Below are positions 1 to 9,960 of a stretch of DNA of 54,479 bases, in pieces. How positions within the stretch are numbered: the first letter of the stretch is position 1; every line of letters begins with the position of its first letter. The notes under the pieces are model-generated. The model saw only the letters and a program-made list of their open reading frames with translations. It had not been told where the DNA came from and searched no databases. A program made the position numbers and the translations under genes. Origin of the DNA: an uncultured Saprospiraceae bacterium (GTDB lineage: Bacteria > Bacteroidota > Bacteroidia > Chitinophagales > Saprospiraceae); NCBI GenBank assembly GCA_964450465.1, contig CAYVDV010000001.1:1-54479 (forward strand), in the 5' to 3' direction.

Positions 1-1364
1 ATACGTTGGGGGCGGCCCGGTTGCAGTTGCAGTTTGTCCAATCCGGGATGCTCATTCCACTCGCCGTGGATCATGCGATCTCCAAAAGCATATTGTTCCC
101 GCGCTTTATGACATTCCCGGTAATAGGTTACCGCGGGCCAGGCTTCGTGGTACACATAAAGGATATCGTCCGGACGGAAATCCTCTCGGATCATTTCCAG
201 TACCGAACGAACCTCTTCAATGACCAGCGGCTCTGCCACATACCGCCAGCCTGTATGCAGGCCGGCGGTAGCCCCCCACAATACCACCCAAAGGATGCGC
301 AGATATCGATTGCCCTGCCCCCACCAGGCCTGCCAGCCCGTTGCCTGGACCAGCAACGCCAGCGGAAAAGCCCAAACGAGCATACGGGGGATCAGGGAAT
401 ATTGCCGGAAACCGGAGGCAAGTACACAAACCAGTACAGGCGCTGCGATCAGCAGAAAAAGTTCCTTCCGGGTGCGAAATAACAGCAGCAGGCCGGTCAG
501 TATCCCGGCGATCCCGGTCAGCTGGGCCAGCACGGTAAATCCCGCCGTATAATACGGAAAGGTCATGAGCAAGGCGCCGGCCTGGGCCCATTCGGCTTCG
601 CTGTGTGGCAGAAGGGGAAAAAACCAGGGTTGGTGATAACTGACCAGGGGCGTCACCGCCATGCTCGGTTGCAGGAGGAACCAGTAATATGCCCCAAAAC
701 TCAGGAGCCACGCGCTCACCGTTCCGGCCAATGCGATCAGAATACGGCGCTCACCGCCAGCCCGCGAGGTCTGGTAAAACCAATACAAACCCAACCCGAA
801 AAGGACAAAAACCGAAGGCATGGACAACCAAATGGCTACGGCGCCCAGCAATCCGGCCAATGCGAATGAAATCTGACGGCCGGAATTTCGCAACCCGAGA
901 GCCACCAGCCCCAGGGCTACCGCCAGGTCACAGGCATAGGGCTTGCCCTCTGCGGCATACCGCAAAAAGATATCATTGAAACTGAATATCCACACGGTTG
1001 CCACCAAAACCCAGGGATTCTCGATCAACTGCCCGCCGATCCGGTAAAAAAGCAACAGTGCGAGCAGGCTGCACAACAAGGGGAACAAACGCAGCGCATA
1101 CTCCTGCTGCCCCAACAGCAATACGCTGCTTTTTTGTACCAGCATAAACAGCGGTGGCGCGTACTGATCGTGGTCCAGGGGACGGAAAAAATCAAACAGG
1201 TCCCGCTCGCACAGGTTGCGCGCAAGATTAGCCTCATCGATGAAAAGCGCGTGGTTTTGTCCCCAGACAACCACACGCAGCACAGCCCCTGCCAGTACGA
1301 TCAGTAGCGGCAGCCAGCTGGCTCCTTTGGTCTCGAGCCATTCGGTAATGCGTCGCCCGTTCAT
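1..1364 (-). CDS. GT-C fold integral-membrane glycosyltransferase (ArnT/PMT-like, GT39/GT83-type), C-terminus cut by the window edge
   Basis: Absent from the supplied ORF track because it has no stop inside the window. The minus-strand frame from the ATG (complement of 1362-1364) stays open to position 3. Translation starts MNGRRITEWLETKGASWLPLLIVLAGAVLRVVVWGQNHALFIDEANLARN. Many hydrophobic spans follow, e.g. LFPLLCSLLALLLFY and GLLGAVAIWLSMPSVFVLFGLGLYWF. An acidic DE pair in the loop after TM1 is typical of GT-C enzymes. Family assignment is from memory only. Confidence 0.55.
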   Translation of the reverse strand, partial: MNGRRITEWLETKGASWLPLLIVLAGAVLRVVVWGQNHALFIDEANLARNLCERDLFDFFRPLDHDQYAPPLFMLVQKSSVLLLGQQEYALRLFPLLCSLLALLLFYRIGGQLIENPWVLVATVWIFSFNDIFLRYAAEGKPYACDLAVALGLVALGLRNSGRQISFALAGLLGAVAIWLSMPSVFVLFGLGLYWFYQTSRAGGERRILIALAGTVSAWLLSFGAYYWFLLQPSMAVTPLVSYHQPWFFPLLPHSEAEWAQAGALLMTFPYYTAGFTVLAQLTGIAGILTGLLLLFRTRKELFLLIAAPVLVCVLASGFRQYSLIPRMLVWAFPLALLVQATGWQAWWGQGNRYLRILWVVLWGATAGLHTGWRYVAEPLVIEEVRSVLEMIREDFRPDDILYVYHEAWPAVTYYRECHKAREQYAFGDRMIHGEWNEHPGLDKLQLQPGRPQR

Positions 1365-1585
1365 TTCAGCCGCTAAAGTAACGGGGTGTTTTTTTATTTC
1401 AGCCCCAACTGTACCGTTTACCCGGAAGTTTCTGCCATTCATCCAATCTTTTCCGGATACCCGCAACAACAGGCGAATTTTCCAGTCTCTTTTGCAGCTA
1501 TACCCCAAACAACACCATCTAACGATCTTGCCTGAAGTACCGAATAAAACACACGCATTACTTTTTTCATTCAAAACAACGTAGC

Positions 1586-4357
1586 ATGAAACGAATTTTC
1601 CTGCTGGCTCTGACAGCCTTTCTTCTTCAATCCGCCACCACTCTTCTGGCCCAACAAGACTACCCCAAATACAACCCGGATGAGATTGACATTCCCTATA
1701 AAAAATTTACCCTGCCCAACGGACTCACCCTCCTCGTACATGAAGACCACAAAGCACCCATCGCCGCAGTGAATGTCTGGTACCATGTGGGATCCAAGAA
1801 CGAAAAACCCGGTAAAAGCGGCTTTGCCCACCTGTTCGAACACCTGATGTTCAACGGTTCCGAAAACTTCAACACCGATTACTTCCAGGCCCTGGAAGCG
1901 ATCGGGGGCACCGACCTGAACGGCACCACCAACGAAGACCGCACCAACTATTTCCAGAATGTACCCGTCGGCGCGCTTGATCAGGTGCTCTGGCTCGAAA
2001 GCGACCGCATGGGGCACCTGATCGGCGCCATCGATCAGGCCAAACTGGACGAGCAACGCGGCGTGGTGCAAAATGAAAAACGCCAGGGTGAAAACCAGCC
2101 CTATTCCAAAGGCCAGGATATTATACAAAAGGAAATGTACCCCCCTTATCACCCCTATGGCCATACCGTGATCGGCGAAATGGAGGATCTCAACGCCGCC
2201 AGTCTCGACGATGTGCATGAATGGTTCAAATCCTACTACGGCGCCGCCAATGCGGTGGTGGTAGTTGCGGGTGATATCACGCCGGAAATGGCCTACGAAA
2301 AAGTATTCAAGTACTTCGGCAACATCCCGGCCGGCCCCACCATCGCCCGGCCGGGCGTCAATATTCCAGTACGCACTGCGGACACCCGCGCTACTTACCA
2401 GGACCGGGTTCCGGAAGCGCAGATCAACATGGTGTGGCACATGCCGCAATGGGGGACGCAGGAAACCGTATGGCTCGACCTGGCTTCCGACGTACTGGCT
2501 TCCGGAAAAAACAGCCGCCTGTACAAAAAGCTGGTTTATGAAAAGCAGATTTGCAGTTACGCCGTAGCATACACCAATCAGTCCGAGATATCCGGCGAGT
2601 TTACCATCCTTGCCAATGTAAAAAAAGGCAAATCGCTGGATGAAGTTGAAACCGCCATCAATGAAATCCTGAACGAATTCCTGGCCAATGGACCCACGGA
2701 AGAAGAGGTCAGCCGGGTAAAGGCCGCCTATTTTGCCAACTTTATCAAGGGCCTTGAACGCATCGGCGGATTCGGCGGCAAAAGCGATATCCTCGCCCAA
2801 AACGAGGTATTTGGCGGAAGCGCCGATTATTACAAAAAAGTTCTGCGCTGGTACCACGAAACCACTGCGCAAAACATCCATCAGGCTGCAAAAAAATGGC
2901 TGACCCGCGGGCGGTTCACCCTCACCTGCACGCCGTTCCCGGAATACGCAGTGTCCGGAAAGGAAGCGGATCGCAGCGCACCGCCGGCAGTGGATACCAA
3001 GGCGATTGCCCGGTTCCCCGACATTCAGCGCGCTACCCTCAGCAACGGAATGAAAGTGGTGCTTACCCGCCGCACGGAAAGCCCGACCATGGTGATGAAC
3101 ATGATGTTCAATGCCGGCTTTTGTACCGATAAAATGGGTGGAAAACCGGGACTTGCCAACCTTGCCATGAATATGCTCGACGAAGGCACTAAAAACCTGA
3201 GCAGCTTGCAAATCAATGAAAGACTCCAGATACTGGGCGCCTCCCTGGGCACGTCCAGCGATCTGGACTATTCCTATGTTTACCTGAACGCCCTCAAACA
3301 ATCTCTGGATCCCAGTCTCGACCTCATGGCTGATGTCGTTCTGAATCCGGCATTCCCGCAGGCAGATCTGGACCGCCTGAAAAACAAACAGATCAGCGAC
3401 ATTACCAATGAAAAAGCCAATCCGATTGGAATGCTCTTCCGGGTGATACCTGAACTGCTCTATGGCAAAGATCATCCCTACGGCATGCCCAAAAGCGGTA
3501 GCGGCGACGAGACCTCGGTAAACAGCATGACGCTGGAGGATATCCGCGGATTTTACAACACCTGGCTCAAGCCAAACAACGCCACTATCGTGGTCACCGG
3601 CGATATTACCATGCCCGAACTGGTAGAAAAACTGGAAAAACGCTTTGGCAAATGGGGGAAAGGCAATGTGCCCAGGAAAATGATCCCGGAAGTTGCCGGA
3701 GCAAATAAAAAGAAGATCTTCCTGATCGACCGGCCCGAAAGCCCGCAAAGCATGATCCTCGCCGCTTACCTGACCAAACCCTACGGTCAGATGGACGAAA
3801 CAGCCATTGAACAGATGAACAACGTGCTGGGCGGCGACTTCACCAGCCGGATCAATATGAACATCCGGGAAGACAAACACTGGGCATACGGCGCCCAATC
3901 GGGTATTATGAGCAGCGCCGGACAACGCCCCTTCTTCGTGTATGCACCGGTACAAACCGACAAAACGGCGGAAAGTATCCAGGAAATCCTAAAGGAAATG
4001 AACCAGTTTGTCGGCGACAAACCGATGACCCAGGCGGAGTTTGACAAAACCAAACAAAATACCATAATGGGCATGTCAGGTATGTGGGAAACCAATGGCG
4101 CCGTAAACGGCAGTACCGTAAACATGGTCAAATACAACCTGAAAGACGACTACTGGAAAACCTACAGCCAACGGGTGCAAAACCTGACGCTGAAGGATGT
4201 GCAAAGTGTAGCCCGGACAATCGTACAGCCCGGCGACCTCGGTTGGTTCCTGGCCGGCGATGCGGAAAAAGTCATGCCCGGCCTCGAAAAACTCGGTATG
4301 GAAGTCATCCAACTCGACGCAGATGGAAAGGTCGTGACGAAAAAGGCAAAACCGTAA
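1586..4357 (+). CDS. Secreted M16 (pitrilysin/insulinase) family zinc peptidase with fused active and inactive halves
   Basis: Signal peptide MKRIFLLALTAFLLQSATTLLAQ. HxxEH zinc motif in GFAHLFEHLMFNGS. At 923 aa it is long enough for two M16/M16_C halves. The second half (GLANLAMNMLDEGT) lacks HxxEH. Confidence 0.9.
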   Translation: MKRIFLLALTAFLLQSATTLLAQQDYPKYNPDEIDIPYKKFTLPNGLTLLVHEDHKAPIAAVNVWYHVGSKNEKPGKSGFAHLFEHLMFNGSENFNTDYFQALEAIGGTDLNGTTNEDRTNYFQNVPVGALDQVLWLESDRMGHLIGAIDQAKLDEQRGVVQNEKRQGENQPYSKGQDIIQKEMYPPYHPYGHTVIGEMEDLNAASLDDVHEWFKSYYGAANAVVVVAGDITPEMAYEKVFKYFGNIPAGPTIARPGVNIPVRTADTRATYQDRVPEAQINMVWHMPQWGTQETVWLDLASDVLASGKNSRLYKKLVYEKQICSYAVAYTNQSEISGEFTILANVKKGKSLDEVETAINEILNEFLANGPTEEEVSRVKAAYFANFIKGLERIGGFGGKSDILAQNEVFGGSADYYKKVLRWYHETTAQNIHQAAKKWLTRGRFTLTCTPFPEYAVSGKEADRSAPPAVDTKAIARFPDIQRATLSNGMKVVLTRRTESPTMVMNMMFNAGFCTDKMGGKPGLANLAMNMLDEGTKNLSSLQINERLQILGASLGTSSDLDYSYVYLNALKQSLDPSLDLMADVVLNPAFPQADLDRLKNKQISDITNEKANPIGMLFRVIPELLYGKDHPYGMPKSGSGDETSVNSMTLEDIRGFYNTWLKPNNATIVVTGDITMPELVEKLEKRFGKWGKGNVPRKMIPEVAGANKKKIFLIDRPESPQSMILAAYLTKPYGQMDETAIEQMNNVLGGDFTSRINMNIREDKHWAYGAQSGIMSSAGQRPFFVYAPVQTDKTAESIQEILKEMNQFVGDKPMTQAEFDKTKQNTIMGMSGMWETNGAVNGSTVNMVKYNLKDDYWKTYSQRVQNLTLKDVQSVARTIVQPGDLGWFLAGDAEKVMPGLEKLGMEVIQLDADGKVVTKKAKP

Positions 4358-4374
4358 GTGATGGAGGGAGAAGG

Positions 4375-4411
4375 CGGTGGACGGGATTACCTCAGTAAAG
4401 CCCGTCCACCG
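4375..4411. terminator. Bidirectional hairpin between convergent genes
   Basis: Perfect 11-bp inverted repeat: cggtggacggg (4375-4385) pairs with cccgtccaccg (4401-4411) around a 15-nt loop. It sits between the stop of the M16 gene (4357) and the stop of the minus-strand hydrolase gene (4419). No obvious U-tract on either side. Confidence 0.45.
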
Positions 4412-4418
4412 TCCACCC

Positions 4419-5810
4419 CTACTGAAACAAATCCCGGATAAGCGTCCGGAACGCCCCGGATTGATACATACTCTGGGCATCATGCCCGATACCCGGCACC
4501 AGCACTTTCCGGCTACGGTGAATACCGCTGTATCGGGCTTCCAACAAGGAATAAAAATACTCGCCGCGTTTAAACCGGTTGGGGCCGAGTAACACTGCAG
4601 CACAGTCCGTGGTATTCAGCGTGCCGGAAGTAATCGTATCGGCGTCCCCAAGCAGGTAGGTAATCTGGCGTTCGACAATCTGTTGGTCCACGGCAGCCTC
4701 CATCGTTCCGTTTAAATAGGCTGGTGGATTGATAAAGCCGAGGGGCCAGCGGTTAAAGGAAGTACAGCCGGCAGGAAGCACAAACTGACCGGTACTTTCC
4801 TGGTACCGAACATCATCCGGATAATAGAAATACTGACTGTTGGCAACAACGTACTGAAAATCAATATCCGGGTACAGCGCTTCCGCCTTGTTGGCTGCAG
4901 CATACACCTGGGTAAACAAAGCCCCGGAAGAATGCCCGGTCAGGACCAGGTTTTTCAGCACGGGGAAATGATCCTTATCGGCCAGCCTGGCGATAATCCG
5001 GTCAATTACCTCGAAAGCGCTGACATCACCATTGGGATTATCCGCATTCTGCCCTTCCCGCCAGCCGGAGTCGCTCCAATACAAATCGCCCGCCGTCGCA
5101 TCGGCATTGCTCTTAAAAAAAGGAGCGATCAGTATAGTATTCCCGTCCAGGCCTTCATTGCGCAGGGTAGTCATCAGATAGCTGAAATAATTATCTGCAT
5201 CCCGGTTTTGGCCATGTGTAACGATAACGGCATTTTCCAGCTTTTCCCAACGGGCATTGTCCAGATAGATGGGATAACTGCTGAAAAAATCAAAGTTGAA
5301 GGTAGTTCCGGCAGCATTAGTCAGCACCGCTGTTTGGAGACAAGGACTGGATGCCGATATACAAGGCGCCATTTCAGTGATCACACCTCCATCCGCCGTA
5401 GTAAAGTGAATGGATATTTCGCGGTCAAGCAGTTCTCCATTCCGCCCGATGGCCACCTTTTGAATTTTCAATTGATAGTCGGTATTGAATGCCAGACCAT
5501 TCACCGTTATTATGGCCTTGGACGATGCATTGGCGTAACTAAAACCGGGATTGACTGCCCCTGAACTGGATGTCAGAGAGAATGCAGTTTGAAATACCGG
5601 GATATCCAGAGCAGCTGAGAAGGTAAGTTCAAGGTTCAAATCTGTTGGTATATTGGTCGCGCCATCCGGCAAAATGCCGCTATTGGCAGTTATGCTCAAC
5701 AGGGAAATGGAGGCCCCTCCGTCCTTTTCCTTGCCACACGCGAAAAGCAGTGTTGCCAGGAAAAGGACTTGGAGGAGCCCTTGAAAACGAAAGCGGCTTG
5801 ATCTTGGCAT
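4419..5810 (-). CDS. Lipoprotein with an N-terminal Ig-like (SbsA/Big_5-type) domain and an alpha/beta-hydrolase serine esterase domain
   Basis: Lipobox in MPRSSRFRFQGLLQVLFLATLLFAC. GxSxG nucleophile elbow in LVLTGHSSGALF. Downstream LLGDAD and PGIGHD are candidate acid and His residues. The N-terminal roughly 100 aa are paralogous to the N-terminus of the neighbouring lipoprotein at 5829-7697. Confidence 0.65.
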   Translation of the reverse strand: MPRSSRFRFQGLLQVLFLATLLFACGKEKDGGASISLLSITANSGILPDGATNIPTDLNLELTFSAALDIPVFQTAFSLTSSSGAVNPGFSYANASSKAIITVNGLAFNTDYQLKIQKVAIGRNGELLDREISIHFTTADGGVITEMAPCISASSPCLQTAVLTNAAGTTFNFDFFSSYPIYLDNARWEKLENAVIVTHGQNRDADNYFSYLMTTLRNEGLDGNTILIAPFFKSNADATAGDLYWSDSGWREGQNADNPNGDVSAFEVIDRIIARLADKDHFPVLKNLVLTGHSSGALFTQVYAAANKAEALYPDIDFQYVVANSQYFYYPDDVRYQESTGQFVLPAGCTSFNRWPLGFINPPAYLNGTMEAAVDQQIVERQITYLLGDADTITSGTLNTTDCAAVLLGPNRFKRGEYFYSLLEARYSGIHRSRKVLVPGIGHDAQSMYQSGAFRTLIRDLFQ

Positions 5811-5828
5811 ATAATAATCCTTACCAAA

Positions 5829-7697
5829 TCAATAAAAATTGGAACCATCCGTGCGTGTGCCGGGCGAAAATGACAAGCCCGCATTAGCCGTGGTGTGCAG
5901 CATAAAGGCGCCATCTATATCCGGCGACCGCGTCACCGACTGATCGGCGCCGAAATCAAGCCCCGTACCGTCTGTTGCAGTATCGAAGGTCAAGAACACA
6001 TTGCCCTGGGTATCTTTTATCGTAATTATATCGCCCGCATTGGAGAGGTTCATGTCCCCCGTCGTGGTGGTACCTACCAGCGCACCGCCAAACCCGCCGG
6101 AGGGCATTCCACCGCCAAACAACACATAAACGCTCCTCGGAGGAATGACGGTGCCCTGCGGGAAGGTATGCCGGGGTACATCGTTGGTCAGACCCGTTTC
6201 GTCATACAAGTTGAAACCGCTCAGATCCACCGGCTGATCTGAATCATTTACGAATTCGATAAACTCATCTTCCGAAGCACTTCTCGTACCATCGCCATTC
6301 GCATCGCCGGCTGCGCCGGTCGGTGGATCAAACAGCACCTCATTAATGATAAAGCCTTTCCCCGGATCGATGTTGCCACCGAAGTTGGTGCCATCGGCCT
6401 TTTTACCGGGTGAGAATGCAAGCGCGCTATTCGCGGTAGTATGCAGGGTGAAATCGCCGTTAATATCCGGCCACCGCGTTACCGATTGATCGACACCGAA
6501 GTCAACCCCGGGCGCATCGTTTACCGAACTGAAGTTCAGAAAAACGTCGCCATTCAGGTCTTTAATGACAATGATATCCTCAGCATTGGATAAGTTCATG
6601 TTCCCGGATGTGGACACTCCGACGAGCGCATTGCCAAAATCACCCGTAGGAGAGCCGCCGCCGAAAAGGACATATACGCCGCCCGGCGGAATGACCGTGC
6701 CCGGCGGGAAGGTATGCCGGGGTGTATTAGTGGCCAGGTTCGTCTCATCGTACAAGGTAAAGCCGCTCAAATCCACCGGCTGATCCGAATCATTTACAAA
6801 TTCGATAAACTCATCCTGGGCAGCGTCCCGGGTACCGTCGCCATTGGCATCGCCGGCAAGCCCCGAAGGGGGATCGAACAGCGTTTCATTAATAATAAAT
6901 CCCTTATCCGGGAAGCCATCTCCATTACTGTCGATATCATCATCGACCAGTGTGATGGTGACTTTTTGCGGTGTCAGTTCAAGCGCATTTTCCAGGCTGG
7001 CAATCGTGATCTCAATCATTTCCGTGCCCTCAATGGCATTATCCTGAACCCCGCTTATCGTGATGGAAGCGGTAGTTTCCCCGGTTGGAATAACCACCGA
7101 GGATGCACTCGCAGCATAATCCGCGCCGCCTCCGGTAGCACTCCCGCCAAAAGCCAGGTTTACGGTTACGTTCTTGTCCACTTTTTCGCTGAGCGTGGCT
7201 GTCACCGTCGCCATGCCACCCGGTTCATCAATACTGGAAACATCGGAACTCAAAACCACATTCGCCGGCACAAATGGTTGTGTGGTAAAACTCAGGGTAA
7301 ATGCTTGTTTGAGGGTTTGACCGCCCGCCGCCAGGGCGCCGGGGGCTACCGAAATCGTGTAGGTAACTTCGTTATCCAACGGCGACGTATTGACCAGCGT
7401 GACCGTGGAATTCGTATTGGAATACGAAAGGTCATAAGCTACTGCACCCGAAGGGCCGCTGAACGAAAGTGCGGATTCAAAGTCAGCGGTCTTGAGCGTA
7501 TGGGAAAAGATCAGTTCGATCGTTACGGCAGTTTTGATGTTTGTAACGCCACTGTTGATCTGAACTCCGTTAATTTTTTGGGACAACACAGTCAGGGTGT
7601 CATCGATGACCGTATCCTCTTTTTTATTACAGGAAATGCCCAATGCAATCATGCACACAAGGGCAATAAGAAGTTTAGCAGGTTGTAAATGTTTCAT
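5829..7697 (-). CDS. Surface lipoprotein with an Ig-like domain, a Calx-beta domain and two tandem lamin-tail domains (LTD)
   Basis: The track start at 7736 is TTG. The ATG at 7697 gives the lipoprotein signal MKHLQPAKLLIALVCMIALGISC. Calx-beta-like stretch: VTVNLAFGGSATGGGADYAASASSVVIPTGETTASITISGVQDNAIEGTEMIEITI. Two LTD copies each begin KGFIINE(T/V)LFDPP..GDANGDGTR....DEFIEFVNDSDQPVDLSGF.LYDE. Confidence 0.75.
   Translation of the reverse strand: MKHLQPAKLLIALVCMIALGISCNKKEDTVIDDTLTVLSQKINGVQINSGVTNIKTAVTIELIFSHTLKTADFESALSFSGPSGAVAYDLSYSNTNSTVTLVNTSPLDNEVTYTISVAPGALAAGGQTLKQAFTLSFTTQPFVPANVVLSSDVSSIDEPGGMATVTATLSEKVDKNVTVNLAFGGSATGGGADYAASASSVVIPTGETTASITISGVQDNAIEGTEMIEITIASLENALELTPQKVTITLVDDDIDSNGDGFPDKGFIINETLFDPPSGLAGDANGDGTRDAAQDEFIEFVNDSDQPVDLSGFTLYDETNLATNTPRHTFPPGTVIPPGGVYVLFGGGSPTGDFGNALVGVSTSGNMNLSNAEDIIVIKDLNGDVFLNFSSVNDAPGVDFGVDQSVTRWPDINGDFTLHTTANSALAFSPGKKADGTNFGGNIDPGKGFIINEVLFDPPTGAAGDANGDGTRSASEDEFIEFVNDSDQPVDLSGFNLYDETGLTNDVPRHTFPQGTVIPPRSVYVLFGGGMPSGGFGGALVGTTTTGDMNLSNAGDIITIKDTQGNVFLTFDTATDGTGLDFGADQSVTRSPDIDGAFMLHTTANAGLSFSPGTRTDGSNFY
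5832..6905 (-). repeat. Intragenic tandem duplication with a 546-bp (182-codon) period, encoding the two LTD modules
   Basis: gaatcatttacgaattcgataaactcat at 6241 recurs as gaatcatttacaaattcgataaactcat at 6787, an offset of 546. Flanking stretches align with most positions identical. Copies span about 5832-6359 and 6360-6905. Confidence 0.8.
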
Positions 7698-7744
7698 ATT
7701 GTATTGTTTTGAAAAAGAAACAATAGTTGATTGCAAATCCCGGG

Positions 7745-8521
7745 TTATTTACCCGCCTCTGGAATCGATTTTCCCAGATCAAACTCCCCGACGCTTTGGC
7801 GCAAAAAACTGCCATCCTCGGGTAGTACAAACAGCAAATAGGTGTTTTCACCAAATTGATCCGTAGTGCTCAGCCGGTCGGGAATGCTTGACACAGACTG
7901 CCCGGTCAGCTTCCGGTAAAAAGCCAGGCCCGTCAGGTATGTACCCAACGGAGTTGGATGTTTGTCGTCAAAAAACAATTCCATGTCGGGCCGGAGCTGC
8001 CGCACGGAAGCCCATAGGGGACCCGCCGGCAGCAGGGCGGCCTGCATTTCCCGGGCGAGTTCGGCATATCCTGCGGTGATTGCCGGCTGCATCAGCGGAT
8101 TGGACTTGTATGCCCAGGTCGTGAAGTACAAGGGCTCTGCGCCGGCAGACCGGACCAACTCTCCGAATTTTTTCCCGTATTCCATGAAATTTTCCCGCGC
8201 GTCGATAGGGCGCTGGCTGTGATCCTGGAGTACGACATAGTCCCAGCCACCTGTTTCAATAAGCGCCCTGGTTTTCAGACCTTTTTCGCCCTTCCAGTGC
8301 TGCTCCAGGCTGGCGCCGCCAGCCGTGGATTGCCGGGTCAGGATAACCCTGCCCTGACTTTCAGCCATGGACTGGACCACCTGCGGGAGATTCCAGAAAT
8401 AGGTAAAACTATTACCTACGAAAAGCACCCGGAGGGTATCGGCCTGCTGGGCCTGCAGCAATGCCGGCAAAAGCAGTATGAGCCAGCAAAGGCGAAAGCG
8501 ATGTAGTTTAGGGCTGATCAT
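7745..8521 (-). CDS. Secreted SGNH/GDSL-type hydrolase (esterase)
   Basis: Signal peptide MISPKLHRFRLCWLILLLPALLQAQ. Block I-like VLFVGNSFTY with a Ser nucleophile. Block V-like DDKHPTPLG (DxxH). ATGA overlap with the stop of the upstream SusD gene. Confidence 0.6.
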   Translation of the reverse strand: MISPKLHRFRLCWLILLLPALLQAQQADTLRVLFVGNSFTYFWNLPQVVQSMAESQGRVILTRQSTAGGASLEQHWKGEKGLKTRALIETGGWDYVVLQDHSQRPIDARENFMEYGKKFGELVRSAGAEPLYFTTWAYKSNPLMQPAITAGYAELAREMQAALLPAGPLWASVRQLRPDMELFFDDKHPTPLGTYLTGLAFYRKLTGQSVSSIPDRLSTTDQFGENTYLLFVLPEDGSFLRQSVGEFDLGKSIPEAGK

Positions 8522-9951
8522 TTATTGACATCCGTTGGTTCAAAAAATCCGGGGATCGGGCTCGGTGTATTAAAGTTCCGGTCGATCTCGGTTTGCGGAT
8601 ACAGAAAGCGCTGGGGCAATTGCGAGCCGACATTCGGTTGGACCGGCACCCGCACGGAGGTTTCTTTTCCTGTTCGCCGGGTATCGTTAAAGCCTTCGAT
8701 TTGGCCAAAAAGCGTCACATAGCGCTCTTCCAGGATTTCGCGCAACAGCGCGTCATCGGCACTCAGGCCATCGGTATTCTCCATACCTCCGCTGGCAAAA
8801 TCGGCTGCGTCATATGCGTCGTATCGCAACTGGGCGGGGCTGGCATTTGTCAGATAGCCGCCGGCCGCCATATAGGCACGGAATTCGTTCAGGTGGTTCA
8901 AACCCGTATCGAATCCTTGGGAGCGAAAGCCGGCCTCAGCCAGGATCAACAGGTTTTCGGCATAGGTTACCATCGGCGCCGGCGCTGTCTGTGCAGCAAA
9001 ACCGTTCACTGTATTGGGTTGCACACCCACGCTGTTCGTCAGGAAGTAATAATTGAAGCGGCCGGTTTCGTCGGTTTTGGCATTGCCCCGGTAATTGTTG
9101 AAATCGGGGCTGACTGCCGGGTCCGGCTGGATGAGGCTGGTCATAAAATCGGACGTGACGACATCGGCGCCCCGCACTTCCACGGCAAAAAACAAATAGG
9201 TCAGGTTGGATTCTTCGTTGCCGGTACCGTGTGGTGCATACATGGCGTTGCTCTTCGAACGGATACCTTTGCTTGCGGCATCATAAGCCTTGGCGTAGGC
9301 TTTGGTGTGCATATAAAAGCGCGCCTTCAGGGTATAGGCGACCTCTATCCAGGGCGCCGGATTGCCGTCGAAATAGATTTCCGAACCGCCGGCCGGGCGT
9401 CCGGTACCGGTTTCCAGGTTTCGGATGGCTTCATCCAGCAACAGCTGTACCTTGTCGTACACAGCAGCCTGGTCTTCAAACCGAGGATTGTCGATCTCGA
9501 TCCTTCCTGCCTCTTCGAATGGAACATCGCCGTACAAGGCGGCTGCGGTTCCGATGGCCTGGGCTTGCAACACCTGGGTAATACCTTTGGTGATTCCGAC
9601 AATCCCGGCTTTTTCAGCAAAGGCTTCCGTTTCCAAAGCATTCCGGTACGTATCGACATAAACATCGTACCACAGGCTGTTAAAATCGCTGGTGTTCACC
9701 GAGTATTGGCTAAATCCCAGGTGCTGGCGGTCAATGCCGGTGTAATAACCGCAGAAAATGCCCGCCCTCCGGGCCGATTCACCGGTTTGCAAAATGATGT
9801 TCCCAACTTCAGCACCGGTCAGAATGTTTTGGTAGGAAGTACTGGTCGGATTATTGGGATCATCATTGATCCCATCGACCAGCTTGCCACAGGATGCGGC
9901 AAAAAGGGCAATAAAGCATACGTATATCAGGCGTTTCATAGTAATCTTCAT
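8518..9951 (-). CDS. susD: SusD/RagB family nutrient-binding outer-membrane lipoprotein
   Basis: Lipobox FIALFAASC. 477 aa, located directly downstream (9-nt gap) of a SusC-type gene. Helical TPR-like composition typical of the SusD-like_2 family. Confidence 0.85.
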   Translation of the reverse strand: MKITMKRLIYVCFIALFAASCGKLVDGINDDPNNPTSTSYQNILTGAEVGNIILQTGESARRAGIFCGYYTGIDRQHLGFSQYSVNTSDFNSLWYDVYVDTYRNALETEAFAEKAGIVGITKGITQVLQAQAIGTAAALYGDVPFEEAGRIEIDNPRFEDQAAVYDKVQLLLDEAIRNLETGTGRPAGGSEIYFDGNPAPWIEVAYTLKARFYMHTKAYAKAYDAASKGIRSKSNAMYAPHGTGNEESNLTYLFFAVEVRGADVVTSDFMTSLIQPDPAVSPDFNNYRGNAKTDETGRFNYYFLTNSVGVQPNTVNGFAAQTAPAPMVTYAENLLILAEAGFRSQGFDTGLNHLNEFRAYMAAGGYLTNASPAQLRYDAYDAADFASGGMENTDGLSADDALLREILEERYVTLFGQIEGFNDTRRTGKETSVRVPVQPNVGSQLPQRFLYPQTEIDRNFNTPSPIPGFFEPTDVNK

Positions 9952-9960
9952 TTTGTTAGG

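Noticed and set aside
6-979. Short plus-strand and minus-strand ORFs at the left edge (6-482, 217-711, 220-552, 603-869, 689-979)
   Set aside because: They overlap one another and are better explained as shadows of the edge-truncated GT-C membrane protein on the minus strand.
1571-3955. 794-aa minus-strand ORF
   Set aside because: It lies entirely antisense to the M16 peptidase gene, which has a signal peptide and an HxxEH motif. Its translation is G/V/F/H-rich with no recognisable motif. This is a typical stop-poor shadow frame of GC-rich coding DNA.
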